From Octopus sinensis (Eukaryota): a DNA stretch of 64,000 nucleotides. Below are positions 23,965-37,646 of the stretch, in pieces. A program made the position numbers and the translations under genes. Under the pieces are notes generated by a model. It was not told where the DNA came from and searched no databases. It saw nothing but the letters and a program-made list of their open reading frames with translations. The stretch lies in NCBI RefSeq assembly GCF_006345805.1, contig NC_043008.1:65472001-65536000 (forward strand), read 5' to 3'. Numbering within the stretch: the stretch's first letter is position 1; each line of letters begins with the position of its first letter.

Positions 23965-24265
23965 ATGTGGCTTATTAGCAATTAGAATCTAAAGGCAAAA
24001 TTAATACAGGTCACATAAGTGACAGAGGGTACTGTTAGATGGTTCGCGATGTAGATCATCTTAATCCTCATCAGCGGCTGTTAATGCTAAACTCAACTGC
24101 CTCAGTCAGTGCTATAAGAAAAACCATTGACAACGTGTGCCAATTTCCAAAAGGGTAAAGGTGTAAACAACAAATTAAAAAGGATGGCTTATTAGCAATT
24201 AGAAAATGAAAGTAAAACCAATGGAGGTCTGGAGGTCATAAAAGTGACATAGGGTCCTGACTAGC
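23965..24265 (-). mobile_element. Probable Penelope-like terminal remnant with partial tandem repeat and decayed hammerhead-like motif
   Basis: ggct(t)tattagcaattagaa...agtgaca.agggt.ctg occurs twice (~23969, ~24186). Minus strand ctgatga-ggat...atcgc-gaac. Confidence 0.4.
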
Positions 24266-25051
24266 ACCGCTTTTGGTAAAGATATGTGTTAAGCTAACTC
24301 AAAGCCGCAGTGTATATTTGTGTGTATATGTATAAGTATATATCTATATATGTATATGTATGTAATTGCATATATATGTATGTAATTGCATATATATGTA
24401 TGTATATATGTGTGTATATGTATTTGTATATATATATATATATATATATTTGTATATTTGTATGTATATAGGTATGTATAAATGTATGTGTGCGCGTGTA
24501 TGTTCATGTGTGTGCCTGAGTGAGTATGTGTCTGTGTCTGTATGTCTGTGTGTGTAGTATATTAAATGAATTCATAGAATCGTGTAGCTAACACAGAAAG
24601 ATCCTCTAGCGGACGCGGTTACCAGACCAGATAGTAATCGAACACGGAGTGGTATTACGTAGAGTTCTATACAGCTAAAATCCAGGAGATCCGATCGATT
24701 TGATTTTCTCTTGAGGATTATATAAACCATTAAATCAGGAGATATAGTAGGTTAATATATTTATGTAACCACTTCTACTCCTTAGGATTACGGCCGTTTT
24801 GCTGCCATTATCATGGAACAATAAATTCAATGTATAATAGATTTATATATCTACAGTTATACTTAGCATTATACAATATAATTCTACATTTATAAATCAG
24901 AGCAGATAAAGTAATTTAGTTCCTAGACCAACCAGAACGTCATGATTACACCAATGCCTCAACTCTGTGTATACATAGAAAATTTTCTCTTTAAACTTAC
25001 AGTGAGTAGAAGACTGATACTAGATAAAATTAGCTTGTGATTATGTATGGA

Positions 25052-25384
25052 ATCAACGGAACAGCCTGCTCGTGAAATTAACGTGTAAGTAACTGAGCAC
25101 TCCACAGACACGCGTACCCTTAACGTAGTTCTCGGGGATATTCAGCGGGACACAGAGAGTGACAAGGCCGGCCCTTTGAAATACAGGTACAACAGAAACA
25201 GGAAGTAAGAGTGAGAGAAAGTTGTGGTGAAAGAGTATAGCCGGGATCACCACCATCCCCTGCCGGAGCCTCGTGGAGCTATAGGTGTTTTCGCTCAATA
25301 AACACTCACAACACCCGGTCTGGGAATCGAAACCGCAATCCTATGACCGCGAGTCCGCTGCCCTAACCACTGGGCCATTGCGCA
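25052..25384 (-). mobile_element. tRNA-derived SINE family C
   Basis: Near-identical to 32125-32506 and 40936-41299; head aatggcccagtggttagggcagcggactcgcgg...ggtttcgattccc. Confidence 0.92.
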
Positions 25385-25619
25385 TCCACTGTGATTATGT
25401 ATATATATACATACACACACTTGCAGGTACATATATATTCCTATATATATATACTTATTTATTTACGTATATATTCAGCGATTTGTTCATTTACTTATCC
25501 CATCTCCCTTTTGCAGCTAAGCTTCCATATATCTTCTCTCCATCTATTTATGCCTCGCTCTATCTTTTCGCTGGAGAACACCACTAGATACTGATTAATA
25601 ATGAAAAACTGATTAATTT

Positions 25620-27200
25620 GTACCCTAACTTCACCATAATGCCGGCAATATTCAGCATATCCGATAACATTTTTTCAAAAAAAAAACCTTCTTATCAGGA
25701 CCTTTAGGGACATTTCTCTTGACATGATCTACTTTCCCTGCAAGGAGATTAAGATTGTCAGCACCACAGGGATGGTCAATCAAAATCATTTATTCACAAT
25801 TTCAATCAGCTCCCTATGCTTTGTGCCGGAATTTCGGCTGAGCTAATTCTCCCGACATTATTTCGATTTCTTATTTTATCCTCCTCTCAAAAAATGATAG
25901 ACATATGGCAATGAGAAAAAACTACTTTTGTAAAATGATATTACGTATTCCTGTGCAACTGAGACTTTAAATCATTCAGTAATTCGATAACCTTGGGTTA
26001 GTTCATCCCAAACAATTTATACAGCCTGGCTGGTTTTTCAGTTTTGTTTCTTTATTTATACTATTTAAAATTTATGATCAATCTACATGTATACATTGGA
26101 GAAAAAGTCAGGATTATTGTACAACGATGCTATAGCAACATCATCCTGCATGTATAGATGTATGTTAGGGTATTTCAAATAAATAAAGAAGGAACTAGAA
26201 CAGTTATATCCGGTGATAAGTTCTTGTCTTTCTCTTAGTTTAACGTGATCCATCAATCCATTGGACATTACAAATTGTAACGATGATTGGTTGATTTTTA
26301 CATTAATAAAAAAAATAAACCTTTCAATATGTACTTTAAATATTTTTTGCTGACATGGCTTACTTCTTTGTAATTGACAGTGAAGCCACCTTTAAATGCA
26401 AGAATTTAACAGCAGAACACTTTGATATTCATCTCATTTCGAACAGGGGTTTGCATTCTTCTACGTTTTTCCTATTCTTGAGCCATCAAAGTTCACATTT
26501 GGTAACAAGTTGAAAAGACAAATGAAATCATTGTTGGTTCCGCCTTTCTTGGATAACTTATGATTCATTCATTTTCTTCTGTGCTGCTGTTTGGGATTGA
26601 CTTTCAACTATAAACACCGGTTTCTTCTTGACAGAAAACTGTGTCTTCTCTGGAAGCACTTGCCAGTTTGTACAATTCTACCAAAGAAAAAATGTACATA
26701 TACTTCAACGTTTTGACAGATCATACTTTTTTATGTAACATTCTTAATAATTTTGAGAAGATTCTGTCATGTAGAGTAGAACTTCATTATCATTAATGAT
26801 ATGAAGTTGCCGGTTATAGTAGAGAATAAAGATGGCATATTTATTCATAAATTCTAAAATGCTCTCCTTCAGACAGTAATATTTGTTTGAAATGAAGCAA
26901 CGGAAACTAAACAATCATGTTTCAGATATTTTGCCTCAAATTTTAACTTTCGCGTTTGTCACATCAAATAGTAGTCTAGTGTTCATCATGATAAAGCAGT
27001 AGGTGATGAAGTGGAGATTTAACGTTAAAGTACCAAATTAGAAGTTTATTTCTGTATCTCAGAGCCTCATAATCAGCAGCAACTATCTTTATTTCGTCGA
27101 TATCAGGGCACCACGACGACTTGCTCATTGTGATGGCGCATCATAGAACAACAAAATCACTTCTGACGTTATCTGCTTTCTTGAACATTTCTTATATCTT
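25620..27200 (-). mobile_element. Decayed autonomous Helitron Rep-domain region
   Basis: Minus translation in order: NGLMDHV, SSSF, YMQDDVAIASLYNNPDFF (cf. YQDAMAI..YGKPDLF), EYVISFYKS..LP (cf. YVIEFQKRGLPH), SAEIP, GYAEYCR (cf. GYPLYRR). Confidence 0.75.
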
Positions 27201-27314
27201 GGTTCATGTTTTCTCGATGTACGCTATTCCTTTCTTGATGCTTATCCTGAATTACTCCCAACTGTTCTTTATTCATATTATTTCATTTCAGGGCCCTCTC
27301 TCTCTGTCTCTCTG

Positions 27315-27346
<32 letters not shown>

Positions 27347-27834
27347 CCTCCGTCTTTCTCTCTCCTTCTTTCTCTGCCTCTCTCTCCTTCTTCTCGATGC
27401 AGGCGTAAATGTTCTCTCTTCATATCGGCTTTCTTTCCTTTTACACTGTCGATATCCTGCACGTTCTTGCCCAGTCATGTCATCTCTTCTAATCCGTTTG
27501 TTTTCTCTTATACTTTATCTTATTTCCTCTCTTTGAAATTATACAACGTTTGCATCTCAAGGCTTATCCTTTGAATTCGTTCCAAAGAAAGGTGATTAAA
27601 TTTGATGTGTGAATAAAGTTTATAATGCAAAACTTGTATAGGTATTAAAATATAATGTGAACTCAGAATAAAATTTATTTGCAAAACAAACATTTAGCGA
27701 AGTGCAGAAAGTATTTGTAGTATAAAATATTAGCAGAAGTATAACTATTTAATGTGAAATGCGGATAACATTTGTAGAATACGTTATTTGTAGAAGTGTA
27801 AGACGATAGTATACATTAACCCTTTGTATTAAAG

Positions 27835-28022
27835 GAAGAAGGGCTGAAATTTTGGGATAGGAGCCAGGTTGATTAAATCATCTCCAGTATTTACCTCGTA
27901 CTACTTTTAAAAACCTCCGAAAGGATGAAAGTAAAAGTCGACCTCGGCAGCATTTGAAATCGGAACCTAAAGACAGCATACTAAAGTCCTGCGTACTAAG
28001 AATTCTACCAGCCTGTCGCTTT
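27835..28022 (-). mobile_element. SINE family B, decayed
   Basis: cgaaaggatgaaagtaaaagtcgacctcggcagcatttgaa. Confidence 0.8.
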
Positions 28023-28589
28023 GACGAGCAGAAGTATAATAAAAGTTAAAAGGCGCTAAAAGATAACAGCAAACTGCAATGTCTTCTTTCGTTGCTGCGT
28101 TCCATTGCATGTGCGTTTAATTACAACTGATTAGAGAATCTTAGACCTGAAATTAATACGTATTGATATTAATGTTTTAAAATCCGTACCTGTCATTCAT
28201 CGCCTTTTCTATAAATATTTCTCCGAGTCTCTCAGTTAAGCGAATAACCCTCTTAGAAGAGGCCAGTTGGTTTGTGTTTAGATTAGTTCTGTAGATAGAG
28301 AGAGAAAGATGCATGTCTATAAAAACAAATTCTATTTGCAGAGAGAATCTAACAATATATTTATTAAATGTGCGCGTATACATCTGTTGTTTACAATTTA
28401 TCAATAGAATTTAGAATTAATAGACATGCAGAGGAAAATGTATCTGAATCTAACCAATATCATTTGGTTCACTGTTTAGACTTAGTTTCTTGGCAATTAT
28501 GCAAATATACAAAAGCAAAACTATACACAATAATTACGATATGGTAATACCAATATGCAATCACAGCAACAACGGCAAGCAAAATTATA

Positions 28590-28742
<153 letters not shown>

Positions 28743-28894
28743 TAAAAACAATACTTATTGTTATTATAGTTTTATTAATTGATTTCATGCAATTCTTTTG
28801 TTATCGTGTTATTTCTGAAACTGGTGATTCGTATCTGGCGCAATAAATAAATGAATGAATAAATAAATAAATAATTAAATAAATAAATAATGAA

Positions 28895-29557
28895 ATAAAT
28901 AAATAATGAAAAATAAATAAACTATAATTGGAAACAAGAAAAAGAAAAAAAAATGGAAAAATAACAAAGAACAAACCAACATTTCAAGACCGCAATACAC
29001 CACAAATTAAAACAAACAAAAAAGAATTTAACAAAACCATATCAGAGCATCTAGAGAAATCACATCTTTCTTCTAGCCACATTTCTTTATCCAATTTTCA
29101 GCAGACGTTTGTTAATTCGATCAGCAAAATGCAATTTTACCATTAAGTGCGCTAATATTGCAGATTTCACCAATTTCGTTGCAGTAATTCTACGATGGTG
29201 AAGAATAAAATTCTCCTGGAAATGAATTTAAAACTCAATTACAAGGAGTTTCAATGAAATATTCTTTTCCGGAATTTACTTTTAGTCAAAACAGGAGCGT
29301 ATTAACAATTAGAGGCGGTAGGAGGGGGAAAATTCTAGATTTTGTTTAAATATTTTTACCTGTGGAGAGAAAGGATAGATCGATCGTTTCTGTTTTATTT
29401 TGTTTTCTGTTTGGGTTTTATTATTCACGTAGATCATTTTTAGTTATATCTTTGAGCGAGAGAAAGAAATATTTTACCGTATGTTTTCGCCTAATCTTCT
29501 TTAGTCTGTGCGGCAAAAAACTATACAGTCAGAAATTAGAACAACAACAACAACAAC

Positions 29558-29617
<60 letters not shown>

Positions 29618-30268
29618 TGAAAAATAAATAAACTATAATTGGAAACAAGAAAAAGAAAAAAAAATGGAAAAATAACAAAGAACAAACCAACATTTCAAGA
29701 CCGCAATACACCACAAATTAAAACAAACAAAAAAGAATTTAACAAAACCATATCAGAGCATCTAGAGAAATCACATCTTTCTTCTAGCCACATTTCTTTA
29801 TCCAATTTTCAGCAGACGTTTGTTAATTCGATCAGCAAAATGCAATTTTACCATTAAGTGCGCTAATATTGCAGATTTCACCAATTTCGTTGCAGTAATT
29901 CTACGATGGTGAAGAATAAAATTCTCCTGGAAATGAATTTAAAACTCAATTACAAGGAGTTTCAATGAAATATTCTTTTCCGGAATTTACTTTTAGTCAA
30001 AACAGGAGCGTATTAACAATTAGAGGCGGTAGGAGGGGGAAAATTCTAGATTTTGTTTAAATATTTTTACCTGTGGAGAGAAAGGACAGACCGATCGTTT
30101 CTGTTTTATTTTGTTTTCTGTTTGGGTTTTATTATTCACGTAGATCATTTTTAGTTATATCTTTGAGCGAGAGAAAGAAATATTTTACCGTATGTTTTCG
30201 CCTAATCTTCTTTAGTCTGTGCGGCAAAAAACTATACAGTCAGAAATTAGAACAACAACAACAACAAC

Positions 30269-30275
<7 letters not shown>
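28895..30275 (+). repeat. Near-identical 711-bp tandem duplication
   Basis: Identical 72-aa spurious ORFs at 28928 and 29639 (offset 711). Differences I spotted: ggatagatcg vs ggacagaccg. Junction lies in (AAC)n(AAT)n. Confidence 0.95.
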
Positions 30276-30300
<25 letters not shown>

Positions 30301-30319
30301 TAATACTAATTATTATTAT

Positions 30320-30400
30320 TATTGATTTTTTATTGGCCACAAGGGCTGTACAAAAACAAAGGAGGGCATTGCACAAAGGATGGCTCAGCACATAGGACAG

Positions 30401-30439
<39 letters not shown>

Positions 30440-30890
30440 CAACAATTGAGGAACGGCCTCAATAGGGCATTCGACCCACTAGAAAGAGCAGCCAGGACTC
30501 TAACCGCCAAGTAGTAGTAATTCAGAAATTAAAGGAAAATTTTAAAAACATTTACCCTATTCATCTTTAGACAATGAGAGACAATCAGAGACAATCCTAA
30601 GCCATCGTCCCCCACACCTTTAGTTAGCCCCTATAGAAATCTTGAATTGTTTTCTCGCTAATGGCTTCATCTCGCTGGTACAATGCAGTGAGCGCCTGGC
30701 CACATGTATGCATTTGTTAATTTCGATAGGCCTTTGTCCGAGAGATGTTGTCTTACCAGTTCCGTCTCTTGTAGCTGATGTTGTTGTTATCGTGTAGGCT
30801 TTCTTCCGTTGCTGATACTGCTGTGCCTCTTGCTGTTGCTGAGAATGCTATTTCAGGTTTTGCTTTTGCGGCAGCTAGTTTATTTCTTCT

Positions 30891-30922
<32 letters not shown>

Positions 30923-31960
30923 TTCTTCTTCTTCTTCTTCTTCTTCTTCTTCTTCTTCTTCTTCTTCTTCTTCTTCTTCTTCTCCTTCCTCTTCTTCTTC
31001 TTCATCTTCTTCTTCTTCTTCTTCTTCTTCTTCTTCCTATTCCTCCTATTCTTCTTCTTCTTCTTCTTCTTTTCTTCTTCTTCTTCTTCTTCTTCTCTTC
31101 TTCTTCTTCTTCTTCTTCTCCTTCCTCTTCACTTTGTTGTTGTTGCTGCTGCTGCCACTTCTGCTGAGATTGTTGGCTCACAGTTTTGGTTTCGAGACTG
31201 GGTACAGCGTTTTTGAGGTTATTCAAATTCGTGCCAGAAACCTTTGAATGTTAGGAGTAATAATCTTCATCCGCACTCTCTCATTTTTTATGGGGTTTTG
31301 TTTTGTGCGAGGCCCCTTCTATATCTGAGTGGTTAGTAGGATTTCCGTTGGACTCTTTATGTATCTGTTCCTCTGTTTGTTCATGAGTTAACACCGCATT
31401 CCTATTTGGGATTTTGAGTCTTCTATTTGGGATTGCAATGGATTTGGCGCAGGAATAGTGGAGCAGAGCGAGGCAACTTTCTCGACTTCCCGCAGTGGGG
31501 CAGAACGCTTTTCGATGATCGGTTTAGTCACATATATAACATCTAGGTTTCCTGCCCACCTCGACCTCACGCATATGCTTGAACTTTCCAAAACAGAAAA
31601 ATTGTGTTAGCATGGACTTCTTCCGGAGAAACCAAAACCTGGAACTCCATTGATACAGCCGTTATTTTGTTGGGGGCTTGTTTACATGCTTACTATCTCC
31701 CCGTGCTCCTCTAGCCTGGCCATTACTCTGACTTGGTCCCTATGAGAGGTACGTTTGCGACCCTGACCTTGGTCACGCGACGCCCCATGTATAAGGGAAG
31801 CATCACGAACTGGTCGGAGGAGCAGGTCATTGTACCCATCCTACGCGCTTCTACTTCGTTGCTACAGATAGCCATCACAGTCCCATATTGCCTTCGTCTG
31901 CAGATATAAACTATGGACGGCTACACATCTTTCAGACGCTTTTTAAATTCGATTGTGGAA
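30320..31960 (-). mobile_element. L1/Tx1-like non-LTR element remnant: ORF1 with CCHC knuckle, embedded (GAA)n, probable 3' tail
   Basis: Minus translation VEVGRKPRCYICD*TDHRKAFCP (C-x2-C-x4-H-x4-C). AATAAA plus (AAT)n tail near 30330 on the minus strand. No RT/APE recognised. Confidence 0.6.
30885..31120. repeat. (CTT)n microsatellite
   Basis: Directly visible. Confidence 0.98.
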
Positions 31961-32124
31961 AGGAATTGTGACGTTCTCAAAGCACTTATATATCATTGAC
32001 CATGTTTCGGTGCATATCATTCCTCTCCGGAGATTGCCATGACGCTGGATCGAACGATACATTTCTGATATTTTCTAATTGCTTCTGCTTTTCTTTGCAC
32101 AGAATCAGTAATCCACTTATTTGT

Positions 32125-32506
32125 GGAGGCGCAATGGCCCAGTGGTTAGAGCAGCGGACTCGCGGTCATATGATCACGGTTTCGATTCCCAGACCGGGCG
32201 TTGTGAGTATTTATTGAGCGAAAACACCTAAAGCTCCACGAGTCTCCGGCAGGGGATGGTGGTGATCCCTGCTGTACTCTTTCACCACAACTTTCTCTCA
32301 CTCTTACTTCATGTTTCTCTTGTACCTGTATTTCAAAGGGCCGGCCTTGAAACTCTCTGTGTCACGCTGAATATCCCCGAGAACTACGTTAAGGGTACAC
32401 GTGTCTGTGGAGTGCTCAGCCACTTACACGTTAATTTCACGAGCAGGCTGTTCCGTTGATTCGGATCAACCGGAACCCTCGTCGTCGTAACCGACGGAGT
32501 GCATCC
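32125..32506 (+). mobile_element. SINE family C, full length
   Basis: tRNA-like head, ~380 bp, matches the two other copies. Confidence 0.93.
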
Positions 32507-33001
32507 GAAAAACAGCAGTTACAATTTCAGCGACCGAAAACGGCAATAGAAAAGCAAAGTTAAAGAAAATTCACATAACAGGATTCGAGCGTGGATTCCA
32601 CGTTTGTTGCCAATAATAAAAATCCTTTCTACAAAAGACACAAGGTCTTACAACTGTTTCCGGGATATTTTATATATCTTTTCATTGGAGATGGTGTGAG
32701 AAAATGGTTTAGCAATAGTTATTCAAGATATGAAATAGAGAGTGAAGTGGAGGAATGAAAATAGACGTGAGATATGCAGGGATATTGTATCTGCAGTTCC
32801 ATTATTTAGGTAGAATGGTTTACATATATGATTCCTGTCCTTTGTGTGTAACTTCCAAGAGTATTCAAAATTGTTCATTCCAAGCATAGAGTTCATTCCA
32901 AGCAGTGTTATTGAATCGAGGGTTCTTTGAAAACTTGTAAAGCGTAGGTGAGGGGACGAACACAGACACACAAATACATACATGTATATATATACATATA
33001 C

Positions 33002-33157
33002 CACGGGTTTCTTTCAGCTTCCATCTACCACTTCCACTCGCAAGGCTTTGGTCGGCCCGAAGCTATGGTAGAAGACACTTGCCGAAGGTGCCACGCAGTG
33101 GGACTGAACCCGGAGCCATGTGGTTGAGAAGCAGGTTTCTTACCACACAGCCACTCC
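33002..33157 (-). mobile_element. SINE family A, 5' half
   Basis: gaagacacttgccgaaggtgccacgcagtgggactgaacccgg. Confidence 0.9.
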
Positions 33158-33787
33158 ATAAGGATGTCCAAATTATTATTACTTTTTTACTTTAGATTCG
33201 CTACTACCATTATTGAATAATTTAAAGCGATATTTCAAGAAATTGTTTCGTTCTTCCAAAACTTGTCTACCGTACTTTCACCTGCTTCTGTTACATATGT
33301 CTGAAAGAGATACAAAATAGTTTTATAATTAATAGCAGTAAAATATGTTCTTTTATGAATACCGTATAATATGAGTGTTATTAATATATTGACACATATA
33401 ATATGGTTTTGACTCTGCTTTAACTTCTCACAAATCAAATGAGTGATCTGATATGATTTGAATATTGCCACATAGTATAGTTCAATCCTCTCTTCTCAGT
33501 TATAGATTTTTTTTACAGATTTTCTATTTTAAATATTGCTAGGCTGCTAACAAATTAATTTGCGTGAAAAATTTATTTCATTTATTATATTTTGAGTGAC
33601 AATTTAAACCTATATTATCTAACCACCGTTGTGAGTTGGTATGGGAAGTTCACTGCGTGTCTTGGTCTGCAGCTAATATGACATGACATATAAAGAATAA
33701 CATTCAGTTAATTGAAGAATATTTATTATTATACTATTGTTTCCGACGTTTCTAACGAGTGCATTAACATAAGAGAGAGAGAGAGAG

Positions 33788-33851
<64 letters not shown>

Positions 33852-34029
33852 TGTGTGCGTGCGAAAGAGAGAACGTGAGAGAGAGAGAGAGAGAGAGCTT
33901 ACTAAAAACTAAAGGAAATAATACTTTACACGTTTTGCAGCCTTTACATTTATCTGAATTCACTTTTGAACGAATAATTTCATCACTAAATATTTCCAGT
34001 GCTTGAGAAAAATTCTCTATATTGCTGGG

Positions 34030-34930
34030 GTTTCGGGCTGTCAGGGTAAATTTTCGATAGCTCCTGAATAAAACTTGTTGTTATAAGAGGACGGTGGGGG
34101 TGTCATTTTCAATCGCTGGTTTCATGTATATACTTGAGTTGTCGGTCGTTGATCGCTTCTAGATGGGAATGCTTTTCGTTGTTAATGGAGAGAATCAATT
34201 GACTGCCAGCTTTTACTAACTGAGAACCAGAAGAAAGAGCTGCTTGCACCAGTAGACTAAGACCGAATATTCATTTTTGTTGTTTATTATGATCGGGTTT
34301 GATATGTTTATGGTAGGTTCTTTACTCATTCTTTAAGTTTAGTGTGAAACAATAATTCTTGCTGGGTTTTCTCAGTCTCATCGTTTGGACATCATTGATG
34401 TTCTGTTATCTTCGCTTTTCCTTCACCACATCTCACAGCAGACAGCATAGAATGAAATATGGAACACGTTTAACTTACAAAAATCATCGTCGTTGAATTA
34501 AAGTTTTTTAACGCTCAGATTGATTTCCATTTTTCTATTAAAACATCCGCTGTTATTTTTGCTCCGTTATTTTTCTCCTATATGATGATTGACCTATCTC
34601 AGTTCGTATGAAGTTTATGTTGAATGATGACTCTGGGGATGAATTCATTTTCAAAACCTACTTTTCATTCACATATCCGGTTGCACCGATGTTTCCTCAT
34701 AATAAATACGCCATGGCGGGGCAGGAGTATATGACATGATGTATCCAGGAATAATTTTATTGCCAAAGCTTGCCATGTAGAATAGTACCGATTGACACCA
34801 AGTAGAAAAAATAAAGTAACCCTGTCCTTCTGGATTTAAGGTTATCTTCCAGACAAAACACGAATAATCCAGTTTCGCAGGCCAGTAGGACGTTTCTTAA
34901 ATTTTTTATTGCTTCATTGGGTCCTGTACT
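34030..34930 (-). mobile_element. Decayed RTE-clade LINE RT fragment
   Basis: Broken-frame PGYIMS (cf. QGCILSP), EKWKSI, FYAVCCEMW (cf. LLYGCETW). Confidence 0.45.
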
Positions 34931-36947
34931 TGTATATTGGCGCCTTCATACATAATATTTGGGAATACGTCTCTGCTTTCATTCTCACAAATTCAAAAAC
35001 AAGATTTTTACTTTCGCATTAGAATAAATCACACCAATAATGATGCCACAAACGCCCGCTCCATTCTGTAAAGGGACTAGTAATATAAAAGCACAATGGA
35101 TTTATACATGTTGATTTTTTAAGTAAAATATAACTACAATAGACCAGCAATGGTTTCTAATTTATATACAAGATGAACAGTTTTGAACGGAGAGTCTTCG
35201 TCAATTTTATCGACTCCACGAATTGACGTATTTCAAATTCTTTTTATATTAAATCACATAGGATGAATTTCAAAGTTAACACAGGCCTAATTTGCAATCT
35301 GCGGGCAAAATATCGGTGGCTGTACCGAATAGTAATTTGTCTGATGATCAAACGATAATGCTAGCAAACATTTACGCGAGAGACAATTTCCTTTACACAC
35401 ATGAGCGTTACTCTATGCCATAAATATAAAATAATATCAGTTACATTGACCTACATTAGACTGTAATAACGATAATGTATACGTTAGTGGTTGATTAGAT
35501 GCTAAATTCTCTGCAATTATCATGGGATGTGAGTGGGAAAAAATTGAAACGCTTATTGAATAAAAAAGACGCATATGTATTTTTTTTTATTTCCAGAGTC
35601 ACATTAGCGATCAATAAGCGTAATTTTCACACGATATTCTGGAAAACGATAGAATTTTTTTGGTTCGTCTTCCGTTATAGGGTGTATTCGTTTTTCACTC
35701 TTTTGCTGCACTTGAAACTGCCTAATACGAATACATAAGTCAAACAAAATTTTAGAGGAATATTTTCATTATAAGTTTTCATATATATTTGTTTCTATGT
35801 AGAGTTATATATATTTTTCAAAACCAATTTATTACTAAACTAAAGGACCACTCAATGCTTGTTAGTGGAATGCATACTGAATATATCTTTATTAATGTTT
35901 TCCACGAAAGCGTTTGTCAGTAACTTCGAAGTTTCATCTTACAAGCTGTTTTATAGACACATATGTATGTAGGTACGTATGAGTATATCTCACCAGCTTT
36001 AGTCGTAATTGGGTTTTATTTTTCACATAGAAAAAGCGAGGTAAAGTAGTTCAGTTTCCGAACTGGATTGCCTAATGCACACTTAATGCATGCTGCTAAT
36101 CAACTTCTATTTATTAAACTAAACACCTGAACGGGAAATGCATTCAACAATACATCTTTAAATTTAGAATATGTTAAAGAACATTCAGTGATAATTAGAA
36201 TTAGACATTAAAAAAATAATAAAGAAAGTAAAGTGATCAAGAATTAATGAAAAAATATCATTAAATAAAACCGTATATCATTAAATAAATACCATCTTAT
36301 ACATGCACATATTTTGATACATACATACACATATACGCATGTGTATTCATATACATATGCATGCCAAAATAAAAGAAAGAAAAAGACACAAATTGAAATG
36401 AAAAATTTCTATCATTAAATAAAATGAAAGTTATAAGTTATGAAATATTAACAGAAATTTAATAAAATTTGAAACAAAAAAATACAAACTAAAAGTTTTT
36501 ATTTAAATTAATGTACAAAAAATAATATAAAAAATATTGAAAATTTTGGTTAATTTCTATATGCGTTTTAATATTGCATTTAATTGAAACGTATTAAATA
36601 CAACTGTTTGTTGAAGAATTCTGCAGGTTGCCAAAAATGGTTTATTTCTAGTAATTAACTGAAATCAAATTAAGCACATGGTATTCGACATTAAAGAACT
36701 AATTGGCAAAAATGGAAATAACTGAATATCATGTAGAAATATCAGCAAATTTTCTCTTTGATATTGGCAGAAGTTATCAGAGAGTTTTGAGGGAGGAGGT
36801 GTTGCTGTTAGAGAAGGAAGAGAAACCCGTTTTATTGTTTGATGTTTCTGCCAAGCTATTTGTTGCTACTCACGGTGTGCATGTGTGTGCTTATGTCTGT
36901 ATACCTGTATATGCAAGAGCATTTTTGTATTTTCCTACCCACAAAAG

Positions 36948-36998
<51 letters not shown>

Positions 36999-37175
36999 TG
37001 TCTACGTGTGAATACAAGTATACATGCCTATATATACATATATACAATTACATGTATGTATATGCACATATGTATATGTTTGTGTGTATTTATATGTATA
37101 TATGTCTGTGTATGTGTGTGTTTGTGCTTGTGTATGTATGTTCATATGTATGTATGTACGTAGGTATGTAAATGC

Positions 37176-37207
<32 letters not shown>

Positions 37208-37603
37208 GGGAGTATGAATAAGTATTGTGTTGAAGTATTTAGCTATTTTATTTATTTATAGTTGCCTAGACGTTTTTATGTGTATGTATAGGGATATATA
37301 TATAGGGGTGTGATTTAGTGTATGTAGTTAGATATGGTTATATATAATTAGGTATATGTGTATGGGTGTATATATAGTTTATTATTATATTATTATTATT
37401 TTTTTGTTTTGTTTTATATTTTATATTTTATATTTAATTGTTGATAGGTTTATTTTAGTTTATATATTGTTTATATATTGATTATATATGGATTATATAT
37501 AGGTTATATATGGATTATATTTTTATATTTTTTCATTCAAACTTTAATTATTTTAAAATTATTATTTTTATATTTTAAAATATTGATATTTTAGATTGGA
37601 AGT

Positions 37604-37646
37604 CCACCTGAAGATTGTCGATCAAGACAAGAAACAATTGTAGTGG
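37604..37646 (+). ncRNA. Type I minimal hammerhead ribozyme, intact core
   Basis: ccac-CTGAAGA-ttgtc[gatcaa]gacaa-GAAA-caattGTA-gtgg. Stem I ccac/gtgg, 5-bp stem II, palindromic ACAATTGT stem III, GUA cleavage triplet. Confidence 0.85.

Noticed and set aside
32125-32200. tRNA gene call for SINE heads (also families A, B and D)
   Set aside because: A/B boxes are present, but each continues into a multi-copy SINE body and has no complete cloverleaf or acceptor stem.
33235-33300. Minus-strand acceptor plus TYVTEAGESTVDKFWKNETIS*
   Set aside because: Only 21 codons, no homology recognised and no supporting exons.
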